A stretch of 64,000 nt of DNA from an uncultured Chitinophaga sp. (GTDB lineage: Bacteria > Bacteroidota > Bacteroidia > Chitinophagales > Chitinophagaceae). Where the stretch lies: NCBI GenBank assembly GCA_964444975.1, contig CAYUJD010000008.1, positions 9,496-73,495 on the forward strand. The letters are read 5' to 3'. A program made the position numbers and the translations under genes. Positions 28,174 through 36,953 of the stretch are shown one piece after another. Under the pieces are notes generated by a model. It was not told the DNA's origin, ran no database searches, and worked only from the letters and a program-made list of their open reading frames with translations. The first letter of the stretch is position 1; each line of letters opens with the position of its first letter.

Positions 28174-29193
28174 TTATTTTTTACGGATAAGAAAAACCGC
28201 CGGCACTGCCCGCTGCCCTGTCGCATCGGATGGTTTGATGGTTTCCTTTCCGTTTAGCAGCATGCAACTGCTGCCGCCGCCGTCGAGGTTGAGAGCTTCC
28301 CAGCAACCGAGTTCCTTTAGTATTTGCGCTTCCTGTGTAAGCGTGGCGCCTTCCGCCACACCGGGAAACCGGCCCTGCACAACAAGAATGATGAGTTTAT
28401 TATCTTTTGTGTAGCCCATGGCTGTGCGGGGATGTTTGTCGCTGATGGCATTGCCGGTAAATTTCCATTCATCGCCATTTGAAATATTAATTCCGTTTTG
28501 TTGTAATAAAACGGGTCCCCCACCGACCGCGGTCTTCATTTTCCATTCTTTAAATGAATATTTCAAGTCTTTCAATTTTACTCTTTTGTTTTCAGGATTG
28601 GTTTTTTTACCTAACCCTACCGGCCATACTGAAGAAAAATTTAAAAAATTAAATGAATCCTTAACCAATGGAATGCTATACTGTTTTGCAAATGCATATT
28701 TATAAGCTGAATCTGTATATAGCCAGGCTATATCGGCTTTTCTTTTTTTAGTAATACCAATCGCACTTCCAAATGGATGACGATAGGTTAAAGTATCCTT
28801 TCCCCTCCCTGGAATCGTATGAACATTATACCCGACCAATTTCCCATTCTTCACCACCACATTCAGATTCTGGTTTGTCTGAAAAGAAAAAAAAGTACAG
28901 TTCACCACCAGCAGCGGCTGATTGTTTTTTCGGTAAAATTCTGCCGGTGTAAGCCTACGGTTCAGCGTTGTATCGGCATCAAACAAAAGTTTCCTGTCTT
29001 CCAGGTCGGCAATCAGGTAGTAAGCAATGTTCGGTTTGCCATCCAGCGGGTCGGTTGTTTTAAACACATGCACCGAAGCAGGCAAAGGCTGGTAAAGCGA
29101 ATCCACATTCACCCATTTCAACTGGGCATTAATTGAACAACAATAAAAAAACAGCAATGAATTAATACTAATTCTTTTAAAAAGTATGGTCAT
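28174..29193 (-). CDS. phosphodiester glycosidase family protein (DUF2233/NAGPA-like), secreted
   Basis: Contains GGGPVLLQQNG...PRTAMGYTKDNKLIILVVQGR...ALNLDGGGSSCM. Its ATG overlaps the stop of the upstream T9SS gene (ATGA). Confidence 0.8.
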   Translation of the reverse strand: MTILFKRISINSLLFFYCCSINAQLKWVNVDSLYQPLPASVHVFKTTDPLDGKPNIAYYLIADLEDRKLLFDADTTLNRRLTPAEFYRKNNQPLLVVNCTFFSFQTNQNLNVVVKNGKLVGYNVHTIPGRGKDTLTYRHPFGSAIGITKKRKADIAWLYTDSAYKYAFAKQYSIPLVKDSFNFLNFSSVWPVGLGKKTNPENKRVKLKDLKYSFKEWKMKTAVGGGPVLLQQNGINISNGDEWKFTGNAISDKHPRTAMGYTKDNKLIILVVQGRFPGVAEGATLTQEAQILKELGCWEALNLDGGGSSCMLLNGKETIKPSDATGQRAVPAVFLIRKK

Positions 29194-31148
29194 CGGATTA
29201 AGGTTGAAGTTCCTTTCATTTCATACACCTTACCCGCCAGGTCTTCTGCTTTCAGCATCCACACATACGTACCGGTCTGCTGTTTTACGCCGTTAATGGT
29301 TCCATCCCACCCGGCAGTTAAGTTTGTGGTGCTGAAAACAAGCTGCCCCCAGCGGTTGTAAACTCTGAAGTAATAAACCTTTTTAATCCCAATATACAGT
29401 GCCCGCAGCAAATCATTTCGTCCGTCGCCATTGGGAGTAAACCCGGTGGGCACATACACTGCCGAGCCTTTGAACACTTTTATTTGTACACTGTCTGATG
29501 CAGTACACCCTGCATTGCTCGTTATCGTTATTGTATAAGTAATGTCGTCAGTAATTGTTGCTTTCGGGTAAAGCGTATTGGGGTTATCAAGTCCTGTTGC
29601 CGGCCACCAGGTGATGGATCGTGGCCCGTTGAAATTTCCGCCATAAGTTGCATTCAAATTAATTAGGCTGTTTGGAATTACAAGGGTGTCATTCATCGCA
29701 TAAGCATATAAATATTCTATACTGACAGTATCAAGCTGTGTGGCGGAATAACACCCATTGGAAGCCAGGGCGGTGAGCCTGATGAATGCCCAGCCCGGTA
29801 TGGAAAATGATTGTGACGGATTGGGCAGAACTGAAGTATTGCCGTTTCCAAAATCCCATGCCCACTGTACAATGCTCGTAGCGTTGTCCAGCTGCACCGC
29901 AGCAAACTGAATTGTTTCATCCAGGCAGCCATCCGGTGCAATCATATCAATAACCGGGGCCGGCCTGATAACAAAAGTACCAACAGCAGTATCCGATTCA
30001 CAACCGATATTTGTTTTCACCACCAGCTTCAAGCTGTGTGTTCCCGCTGAAAGATTACTGAGCACCGGTTGTTGTGAAGCAGATACCACAACGTCATCAA
30101 CCAGCCATGTCCACTGACTGATTGTGCCGACTGCATTTGTTGAAAGATCATTTACCCGTGGTGCATTGCCGGCACAGGTATCGAAAACTTCAAACGAGGC
30201 TACAGGTTTTGTCCCTACCGTAATATTTTTCCGCAGCGTGTCGCTTATGCATCCGTCAAGCCCGGTGATGACAAGTTTTACTTCATACACTCCCGGCGCG
30301 GCATACTGATGCGGCGGCGGATTTTGTAAAGTGCTGGTAGTGCCGTCGCCAAAATTCCAGTACCATGATTGAATGGGAGCGAAAGACACTGAACTGTCAG
30401 CGAAAGTAATTGGAGTGCCAAAACAAACTGCATTGTTCGGGATTGTAATAATACCGGGATTCAGTGCCGTGCAGAATTGCTGCAGGTTGTTGGCCCCGCC
30501 GGTGGCAGCAGTAAAACCCCAATACACATTCGGGTCATTATTGAAAATTGTTGCTACTAAATTTATCTGCACTTCCACCCGCAGCACGCCGTCGAAATAG
30601 GCACGGAGCCACTGCGTAGCAGGATCCCATGAAATGCGGAGGATGTGCCATTGGCAATCTTCGATGTTATCACTGCTTGCGGAGGCCTGTACCGGCCCGG
30701 CCAGGTCGCTGCCGTGTGCAGGATTGCCATTTGCCTGAATGCTTATATGATCATAGGCAGGATCGTTCAGGTTGCTGTTTTGCCATGTATCAAGCGTAAT
30801 GCCGATGGAGGGAAAAATGCCGCTGAAACCCATCCCCTCACCTGTGCCGCCGATACTGGTGCTCAGTGGCTGCAGTATAAACACAATGCCATCGGCGCCG
30901 TTTGCATCCTGGCAACCGAGGTAAACATTAAACCAGTAATCAAAGGGATTGTTGAGGTTTATCTTATTGCTGTTCCAGACACTGCCGGCCTGGGTAAACA
31001 GCGCCGGCGTAAGCGTATAACAATTGCAACTGTTTTGCGTAGCAGAGCCATTCAGTATATATTGTGCCGCTGATGGGCATGAATAAATTGTGACCAGGTT
31101 AAAAAAAACGAAAGAGATAAGATAAAACTTCGGCAGCCATTTTTTCAT
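29190..31148 (-). CDS. T9SS type-B sorting domain surface protein with an N-terminal legume-lectin-like domain and PKD repeats
   Basis: 652 aa with a signal peptide. The lectin-like N-terminus is YILNGSA...GADGIVFILQP...YWGFTAATGG. PKD-type repeats are WYWNFGDGTTS and WAWDFGNGNTS. The C-terminus FTPNGDGRNDLL...YNRWGQLVF matches the gliding-motility/T9SS type-B C-terminal domain. Confidence 0.88.
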   Translation of the reverse strand: MKKWLPKFYLISFVFFNLVTIYSCPSAAQYILNGSATQNSCNCYTLTPALFTQAGSVWNSNKINLNNPFDYWFNVYLGCQDANGADGIVFILQPLSTSIGGTGEGMGFSGIFPSIGITLDTWQNSNLNDPAYDHISIQANGNPAHGSDLAGPVQASASSDNIEDCQWHILRISWDPATQWLRAYFDGVLRVEVQINLVATIFNNDPNVYWGFTAATGGANNLQQFCTALNPGIITIPNNAVCFGTPITFADSSVSFAPIQSWYWNFGDGTTSTLQNPPPHQYAAPGVYEVKLVITGLDGCISDTLRKNITVGTKPVASFEVFDTCAGNAPRVNDLSTNAVGTISQWTWLVDDVVVSASQQPVLSNLSAGTHSLKLVVKTNIGCESDTAVGTFVIRPAPVIDMIAPDGCLDETIQFAAVQLDNATSIVQWAWDFGNGNTSVLPNPSQSFSIPGWAFIRLTALASNGCYSATQLDTVSIEYLYAYAMNDTLVIPNSLINLNATYGGNFNGPRSITWWPATGLDNPNTLYPKATITDDITYTITITSNAGCTASDSVQIKVFKGSAVYVPTGFTPNGDGRNDLLRALYIGIKKVYYFRVYNRWGQLVFSTTNLTAGWDGTINGVKQQTGTYVWMLKAEDLAGKVYEMKGTSTLIR

Positions 31149-31224
31149 CTGGCAATAAAAATACTAAAATAACTTTTTGTGAAAATACCGGCCTGAAACG
31201 GGTTTACAACTTTTTTCCGCGGGT

Positions 31225-31610
31225 TCACATTTGCTGCACCTCCACCAGTTCTTTTATTATCTGTTGGAGTTCATTTTTCCCTTCATCAATTTCTTTTAAT
31301 GAATGAAACCAAGCCTCCTGTCTTTATACTCTCCCTGCAGCAATCCTGATTATACTTTCACCATACCGGGAGGATGAAACAAAAGCAGCACCTGGTCTTT
31401 TTACCTCACCGGGCCGAAGGTTACAATATACTCTTTATAATAAGAGCCGGGCGCATTTCACTTGATTCTTTCGTTCAGCTTTGTGCTGGCTCACATAATA
31501 ATTTTTCTCACCGCTACTACAGCAGGTTTCATTTCAGGCTTCAGCTTACTCATCCATTGGCTTACTCGTTCCATGTCTGTAAGTTTCGCTGGTCTGTTTA
31601 GCGTTGGCAT
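31225..31610 (-). pseudogene. decayed DUF1801 (YdhG-like) family gene
   Basis: Manual translation gives MPTLNRPAKLTDMERVSQWMSKLKPEMKPAVVAVRKIIM*ASTKLNERIK*NAPGSYYKEYIVTFGPVR*KDQVLLLFHPPGMVKV*SGLLQGEYKDRR. After a frameshift it continues ...SLKEIDEGKNELQQIIKELVEVQQM*. There are four in-frame stops (TGA, TGA, TAA, TAA), and one TGA sits at the conserved Trp of the IKWN motif. Confidence 0.6.
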
Positions 31611-31638
31611 AGTTTTTTTTAAATTGAACAACTATTAT

Positions 31639-32031
31639 TTACTGCGCCGGTTTCGCCAGCATCATTTTTTTATTCCAGAAAATATACGACAGGATGCCCG
31701 GCACAAACCAAATCAGCATAAACAACATCATTGGATCAAAAGTTTTGGACACGGCAATACTGGCATAAACAGCGCCAAGTAAATCGAAAAACAAACCGGC
31801 ATAAGCCCATTCTTTTATTTTTACAAACCCGGGTATTAAAATAGCTATTACGCCTATGGTTTTGGCTATGCCTGTAAATGGAATAAAATAAACAGGAAAG
31901 CCCAGGTAATTATGTATTAAATTGATGGCATCTTCTGTTACCAGTATGCTGGCATAAGAAGAGTAAAGCATTAATGCGCCAAACAGGATGGTAAATACCC
32001 AGTAGAAAATGTTGACGGTTTGGGGTTTCAT
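31639..32031 (-). CDS. DoxX-like family membrane protein
   Basis: 130 aa with four TM segments, in the usual DoxX-like context next to VOC and SRPBCC genes. Confidence 0.65.
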   Translation of the reverse strand: MKPQTVNIFYWVFTILFGALMLYSSYASILVTEDAINLIHNYLGFPVYFIPFTGIAKTIGVIAILIPGFVKIKEWAYAGLFFDLLGAVYASIAVSKTFDPMMLFMLIWFVPGILSYIFWNKKMMLAKPAQ

Positions 32032-32063
32032 ATTTTTTTATTGTGAAAATAATGATTACAATT

Positions 32064-32366
32064 TTATTGTTTTTTAAATGAATGGCCTTTTGCATTCAGG
32101 GCAACCCGCAGAACAGCCAGTGCTGCCGGGCCTATGCCATGCCACAGCAGTATTTCTTTTTCGCTGTATTCAGCTAATTGCGCCGGCGTGGTAATGCCAT
32201 TATTTTTTAATGCCCGGCGTGCCGGCGCAGCAAGCAATGAAAGAAAACCATCAGCAGTTTTGTTCTTTTCGCAAACAGGACAGGTGGGACTCCCGCTAGC
32301 TATCGGGACATTGCTTTTATAATACCGGTGTCCGTTGGGGCAAACACGTAATGTTTTTTTCGTCAC
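32064..32366 (-). CDS. zinc-ribbon plus helix-hairpin-helix (RpoA-CTD-like) small protein
   Basis: 100 aa. CPNGH...CPVC forms the zinc ribbon, followed by LLAAPARRALKNNGITTPAQLAEYSEKEILLWHGIGPAAL (HhH-like). Confidence 0.5.
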   Translation of the reverse strand: MTKKTLRVCPNGHRYYKSNVPIASGSPTCPVCEKNKTADGFLSLLAAPARRALKNNGITTPAQLAEYSEKEILLWHGIGPAALAVLRVALNAKGHSFKKQ

Positions 32367-32379
32367 AGCTTTTTTTTAA

Positions 32380-33219
32380 TTACGCTTCCTGCAGCTTGGC
32401 AATGTCAAACTTTTTCATTTGCATAAATGCCTGCACTACCCGGGGCGCCCGTGCCGGATCGGACATTAATTGCCCCAGCACCGAAGGCACAACCTGCCAC
32501 GAAACACCATAGGGGTCTTTCAACCAGCCGCACATACTTTCGGCGCCGCCGTTTGCTGTAAGTTTATTCCAGTAATCATCTATTTCCTGCTGCGTATCGC
32601 ATTCCACTACCAGCGACACACCTTCATTAAAAGTATAGGCATGTTCGCCGGGGCCATCCATGGCTATTAAATCATAACCGTTCAGCTGAAACTCTGAATA
32701 CATTACTTTACCCGCATTCGCATCGCCTTCGGGGTAATATAGTAATACAGGGATGGAAGAGTTTTTAAAAACACGGCAATAGAGTTTCATCGCCTCTTCG
32801 GCCTTGCCGAATTGTTTGCCCGTAAAAAGCATTGAAGGGGTGATTTTCGGAGGGTCACCGGCCTTATTCACTACCGATACCTGCCAGGTCATGCCGTATT
32901 TGTCCTGCACCCAGCCGTAGCGTTCGCTCCAGAAGTATTTATCAATCGGCATCAATACCGAGCCGCCATCCACCAGTTTATTCCATGCAGCGTTTGTTTC
33001 TTCCACTGACTCCAGCAAAACAAACATAGAAATGGAGGGATTGATTTTAAACTGCGGTCCCCCGTTCAAACCCATTATTTTTTTACCAAAAATTTCAAAG
33101 GTGACTACCATCGGCGTGTCCTGTAAAATTTTTGAGCCTTTGAAAACAGAACAATAAAACGCTGCGGCTTCACCGGCCTTGCCATCAAACCACAGGCAGG
33201 GATAAAATTGCTTTGACAT
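32380..33219 (-). CDS. two-domain VOC / PhnB-like (3-demethylubiquinone-9 3-methyltransferase domain) protein
   Basis: 279 aa. The N-terminus FYPCLWFDGKAGEAAAFYCSVFKGSKI and an internal repeat of the same fold end in ...DPYGVSWQVVP. Confidence 0.8.
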   Translation of the reverse strand: MSKQFYPCLWFDGKAGEAAAFYCSVFKGSKILQDTPMVVTFEIFGKKIMGLNGGPQFKINPSISMFVLLESVEETNAAWNKLVDGGSVLMPIDKYFWSERYGWVQDKYGMTWQVSVVNKAGDPPKITPSMLFTGKQFGKAEEAMKLYCRVFKNSSIPVLLYYPEGDANAGKVMYSEFQLNGYDLIAMDGPGEHAYTFNEGVSLVVECDTQQEIDDYWNKLTANGGAESMCGWLKDPYGVSWQVVPSVLGQLMSDPARAPRVVQAFMQMKKFDIAKLQEA

Positions 33220-33242
33220 AGTTGTAAATTTTGAATAAGTAA

Positions 33243-33672
33243 TTATTTATTGGTGCAATTGAACATCCATTGCACACCATAGTTGTCTTTGCAGGCGCCA
33301 AAGTAAGCGCCCCAGAACATCTCCTGCAGTTCCATTTCCACTTTGCCGCCGGCTGACAGTGCGTCAAATAATCTTTTGGTTTCTTCACGAGTGTCGGGCT
33401 CCAGGTTGATATAAATATTGTTTCCAAAATTTACCCGGAAACCCATTTCTTCCGGGGCATCAGTTCCCATCCGTACATGGCTGCCGGTGATGGGCATTTC
33501 TACATGCATCACCAGGTTTTTCAGTTCCTCACTCACAGGTTCGTGTGACGGCATATCGCCAAAACGCCTGATGCCCGGCGGCGTGAATTCGGTTTTGAAA
33601 ATGGATTTATTAAAAATTAAACACCTCTTCGATATAACAGGAAAAATTCAGGTATGTGCTTACCCTGGCCAT
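33243..33672 (-). pseudogene. VOC/PhnB-like gene interrupted by a 1-nt frameshift (or a sequencing error)
   Basis: ATG 33672 gives MARVSTYLNFSCYIEEVFNF followed by TAA. The +1 frame continues NKSIFKTEFTPPGIRRFGDMPSHEP... to the stop at 33243. The total is 430 nt, not a multiple of 3. The junction TTTTAATAAATCC looks like a one-base insertion into the expected FNFYKSIF. Confidence 0.7.
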
Positions 33673-33700
33673 GTTGTCTGACTTTTGTTGTCGGAAAATT

Positions 33701-34303
33701 TTATTTCATCCTTGTCACTTTATACAGTTTGCCGGCTTTGTCATATGTAGTCCACTCCCCCGTTTGTTTGCCTTGGCTGAAAAAACCGGACCGCAGGATG
33801 ATGCCATCTTTGCGGAACCATTCCCAATAGCCGTCAGGCAATCCGTTTTTCATTGTGCCTTTGGCCCAAATGCTGCCATCGTTATGATACTTGATAAAAT
33901 TTGCCGCCCTGGTATTTTTAGAACTGTTTTTCCGTGCAATGGCTTTTGCTTTTGCCTTTTCCAGGTTTTGTTTCGTCCTGTATTTAACCATTTTTGCAAT
34001 CAGCCGCAGCGGCAGCGGTTTGTCAAGCGGAAATTTTATGGTGCCTTTTGAACCCTCGTAAGCCGACATTTCCTTTTTCAACTCCACGGCATTCCATGGT
34101 GCAGGATACAAGCTGATATGTTTGGCCCATGCCGCAAAGAAAACCAGCATACCATGAAATTTGTAAGCAGGTATCTGGTAACTGATGAGTTCTTCGGCTT
34201 CAGGGGCCGCTTTTTTTATGGTTTGTCTCAGCTGCTGCAATTTTTTTTGCACCGCTGCCGGACAGGCAGCAATGTAGCTGTCAACATCCTTTGCTTTTAT
34301 CAT
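33701..34303 (-). CDS. DUF1801 (YdhG-like) domain fused to C-terminal MORN-repeat-variant (YwqK-like) repeats
   Basis: The N-terminus VDSYIAACPAAVQKKLQQLRQTIKKAAPEAEELISYQIPAYKFHG is DUF1801-like. The C-terminus GSIWAKGTMKNGLPDGYWEWFRKDGIILRSGFFSQGKQTGEWTTYDKAGK is MORN-like. Confidence 0.7.
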   Translation of the reverse strand: MIKAKDVDSYIAACPAAVQKKLQQLRQTIKKAAPEAEELISYQIPAYKFHGMLVFFAAWAKHISLYPAPWNAVELKKEMSAYEGSKGTIKFPLDKPLPLRLIAKMVKYRTKQNLEKAKAKAIARKNSSKNTRAANFIKYHNDGSIWAKGTMKNGLPDGYWEWFRKDGIILRSGFFSQGKQTGEWTTYDKAGKLYKVTRMK

Positions 34304-34339
34304 AAGCTATTGTTTAAAGCTTTTTGCTGCGGGAAATGT

Positions 34340-35212
34340 TCAGGCTTCACAAATGCTTTTCAGCTTAGCCAGTGCCTTAGGCCAGGTTTCTTCGAAGAAA
34401 GCTTGAAAGTTTTTAGTAACATCAATTTGCACAGTCAGCACAGTGCTTCCGTTGGCAGTAGTAAAAGTATAATTCTCCAATGCCCCTGCCCAGGCTGATG
34501 CCTGGCTGTAATCCTCTTTTCCGTCTTTTATTTCGCCCAGGTGTTCAATACTCACAAATTTGTTCTGAATATTTTCTTTTATACGGCTCAGCATTCCCTG
34601 CAGGTTGCCTTTATCATCAGGTCCCAGGAAATGAATCGTTGATCCTTTCTGCCACGAACCTTCATAAAACGAGCCATGCGCAAACTCCGATGTCCATTGG
34701 CGGTAAGTTTCATCACCCAGCATGCGGTTATACACTTTTTCCGCCGGGGCGTGGATGGTAATGCTGAAGGTTAACGTAACCAGGTTGGTTTTTCTTTCAG
34801 CATATTTTTTAAAATTGTTGAGAATAGACTGCCAGCCCTGCTGCTGCAGCTCAAGAGAATGCTCACTTTCGGCTTCGAATGTTTCAGTCACATGAGTTTG
34901 ATTACCGGTGCCGGCAAAATTCACTTTCACTTTTCGTCCGTCGGCCATAGTATATTCAATCAGTTCAGGCTCCTTTACCTTGTCATATACACCGGCGAAA
35001 TCGAAACTGAAGCTACCGTCTTTTGCCGCCATGGTGTAGGAAAAAGAACCGCCTTCCCATAAATTGTTTTCGGCTTTTGGTGTATGCCAGTCGTCGCTGG
35101 CATTATTCCATAGCATAATATGCTCCGGTTCGGTCCAAAATTTCCATGCTTTTTCTGCCGGCACATTTACTGCTGTTTCCACGGTAATGGTTGTTTTGGT
35201 TATCGTTTCCAT
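34340..35212 (-). CDS. tandem SRPBCC / AHSA1-like domain protein
   Basis: 290 aa. Two repeats of the pattern ...AEKAWKFWTEPEHIMLW... and ...PAEKVYNRMLGDETYRQW... are present. Confidence 0.75.
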   Translation of the reverse strand: METITKTTITVETAVNVPAEKAWKFWTEPEHIMLWNNASDDWHTPKAENNLWEGGSFSYTMAAKDGSFSFDFAGVYDKVKEPELIEYTMADGRKVKVNFAGTGNQTHVTETFEAESEHSLELQQQGWQSILNNFKKYAERKTNLVTLTFSITIHAPAEKVYNRMLGDETYRQWTSEFAHGSFYEGSWQKGSTIHFLGPDDKGNLQGMLSRIKENIQNKFVSIEHLGEIKDGKEDYSQASAWAGALENYTFTTANGSTVLTVQIDVTKNFQAFFEETWPKALAKLKSICEA

Positions 35213-35548
35213 ATAAAAATTTTTTTTAGAAGTCAGAATGGGGCAATCCGCTTCAAGTTAACACAACTTTATTTTAAAATCAGTTTTTTGAATAAGTAAC
35301 CATCCAGGTAATTCCAAATTTATCAGTCGGTACCTGAAAAGTGGCTCCCCGGGTATTCTGGTGCAGCGTTTCTATAATCTTTTGGAATGTCATCCTTCTC
35401 TGCATATACCCTGCACCTTTCGCCTATCATTTTCATACCAAAACAAAGCTAATGACTCCTGCCTTCCTTCACGCTGTGGAATTACGTCAATCGCAGGGGT
35501 TGTTTGCGTCAGTAATTGAACTTAACTTTATAAAAACGAAAACCCGGT

Positions 35549-36532
35549 ATGAAAAACATTGCAATACTTGTTCCTGAAACTGCTGTAGTGGAAGCCGTAG
35601 CTGATCCACGCTATATGTTCACAGCAATAAATGACTTTCTGAAAAGCCAGGGCCAGGCCGCTATTTTCAATGTGCAGCTGGTAGGCCTTACCAAAGATGT
35701 AAAGCTGGCCGATGGCATTTTCACCATTCATACTGATGCGCAGCTGACAAATGCCGGTAAGCCAGACCTCATCATCATTCCGGCGCTGAGCGGCAACCTG
35801 GAACATGCAATCAAACTGAATAAAGATTTTATTCCCTGGATTGTGAAGCACTATAAAAGCGGTGCCGAAGTGGCCAGCCTTTGCATCGGCGCTTTCCTGC
35901 TTGCTGCCACCGGGTTGCTGAATGGTAAAAGCTGCTCCACGCACTGGGTATTTGCCAATGAATTCAGGGCCATGTTTCCTGAAGTGAACCTGGTGGACAA
36001 TAAAATTGTTACCGAACAAAACGGTCTGTACACCAGCGGCGGCGCCAACTCATATTGGAACCTGCTGCTGCACCTGGTGGAAAAATACACCAGCCGTGGG
36101 CTGGCCATTCTTGCTTCCAAATTTTTTGTGCTCGATATTGACCGCAACAGCCAGGCGCCATTCAGTATTTTCAAAGGACAAAAAATTCATGATGATACGG
36201 CTGTAAAAAAAGCACAGGAAATAATTGAACAGAACTGGCAGGAAAAAATTTCTGTAAAGGAGCTGTGCAACCAGCTGCACATCGGGCGGCGCAGCTTTGA
36301 AAGGCGGTTTAAAAAAGCCACCAACAACACCGTGGTGGAATACATGCAGCGGGTAAAAATTGAATCGGCCAAGAAACAGTTCGAGAACGGCCGGAAAACT
36401 GTAAGTGAAGTGATGTATGAAGTGGGTTATGCCGACACCAAAGCCTTCCGCGATTTGTTTAAAAAAATCACAGGTATGAGCCCGGTGGATTACCGCAGAA
36501 AATACACTAAAGACCCGGCGCAATTAAACTGA
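35549..36532 (+). CDS. GlxA family transcriptional regulator (DJ-1/PfpI domain plus AraC HTH)
   Basis: 327 aa. The N-terminal DJ-1-like region is VASLCIGAFLLAATGLL. The C-terminal HTH is ...VSEVMYEVGYADTKAFRDLFKKITGMSPVDYRRKY. Confidence 0.88.
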   Translation: MKNIAILVPETAVVEAVADPRYMFTAINDFLKSQGQAAIFNVQLVGLTKDVKLADGIFTIHTDAQLTNAGKPDLIIIPALSGNLEHAIKLNKDFIPWIVKHYKSGAEVASLCIGAFLLAATGLLNGKSCSTHWVFANEFRAMFPEVNLVDNKIVTEQNGLYTSGGANSYWNLLLHLVEKYTSRGLAILASKFFVLDIDRNSQAPFSIFKGQKIHDDTAVKKAQEIIEQNWQEKISVKELCNQLHIGRRSFERRFKKATNNTVVEYMQRVKIESAKKQFENGRKTVSEVMYEVGYADTKAFRDLFKKITGMSPVDYRRKYTKDPAQLN

Positions 36533-36541
36533 ACCGGCCTT

Positions 36542-36937
36542 TTATTTTTTTGCAGGCTCTATTAAATCCCAAAGATTGCCGTAGAGGTCTTTGAATACCG
36601 CCACCTTGCCATAGTCTTCCTGCCGGGGCGGGCTTACTATCTCAATTTGATGGGCAAGGAGGTTTTGATAATCTCTTTCAAAATTATCGGTGTGCAGGAA
36701 TAAAAACACAGGGCCCCCGGTTTGATTGCCAATGCGGCTGGCCTGCGCATCATTGTCTGCCTTAGCCAGCAGCAGGCGGCAACCACTCACCCCCTTGGGT
36801 TTCACCAATACCCAGCGTTTGGTTTCGCTGAGCTTTGTGTCTTCTACTAAAGTGAAATAGAGTTTTTTGGTGTAAAAATGGATGGCTTCGTCGTAATCAC
36901 TTACAATAACGGCCACCTGGGCAAGACGTTGATTCAT
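36542..36937 (-). CDS. VOC family protein (glyoxalase-like)
   Basis: 131 aa: LAQVAVIVSDYDEAIHFYTKKLYFTLVEDT...VAVFKDLYGNLWDLIEP. Confidence 0.85.
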   Translation of the reverse strand: MNQRLAQVAVIVSDYDEAIHFYTKKLYFTLVEDTKLSETKRWVLVKPKGVSGCRLLLAKADNDAQASRIGNQTGGPVFLFLHTDNFERDYQNLLAHQIEIVSPPRQEDYGKVAVFKDLYGNLWDLIEPAKK

Positions 36938-36953
36938 GAAGCAAATATGTGCA

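Noticed and set aside
31225-31610. In-frame TGA codons as evidence of recoding (selenocysteine, or genetic code 4 or 25)
   Set aside because: The same frame also contains two TAA stops and a frameshift. TGA is used as a normal stop by many intact genes in this window. Pseudogene decay is the simpler explanation.
31374-31782. Plus-strand ORFs 31374-31601 and 31462-31782
   Set aside because: They lie antisense to the DUF1801 pseudogene and the DoxX gene, and have hydrophobic, odd composition with no family resemblance.
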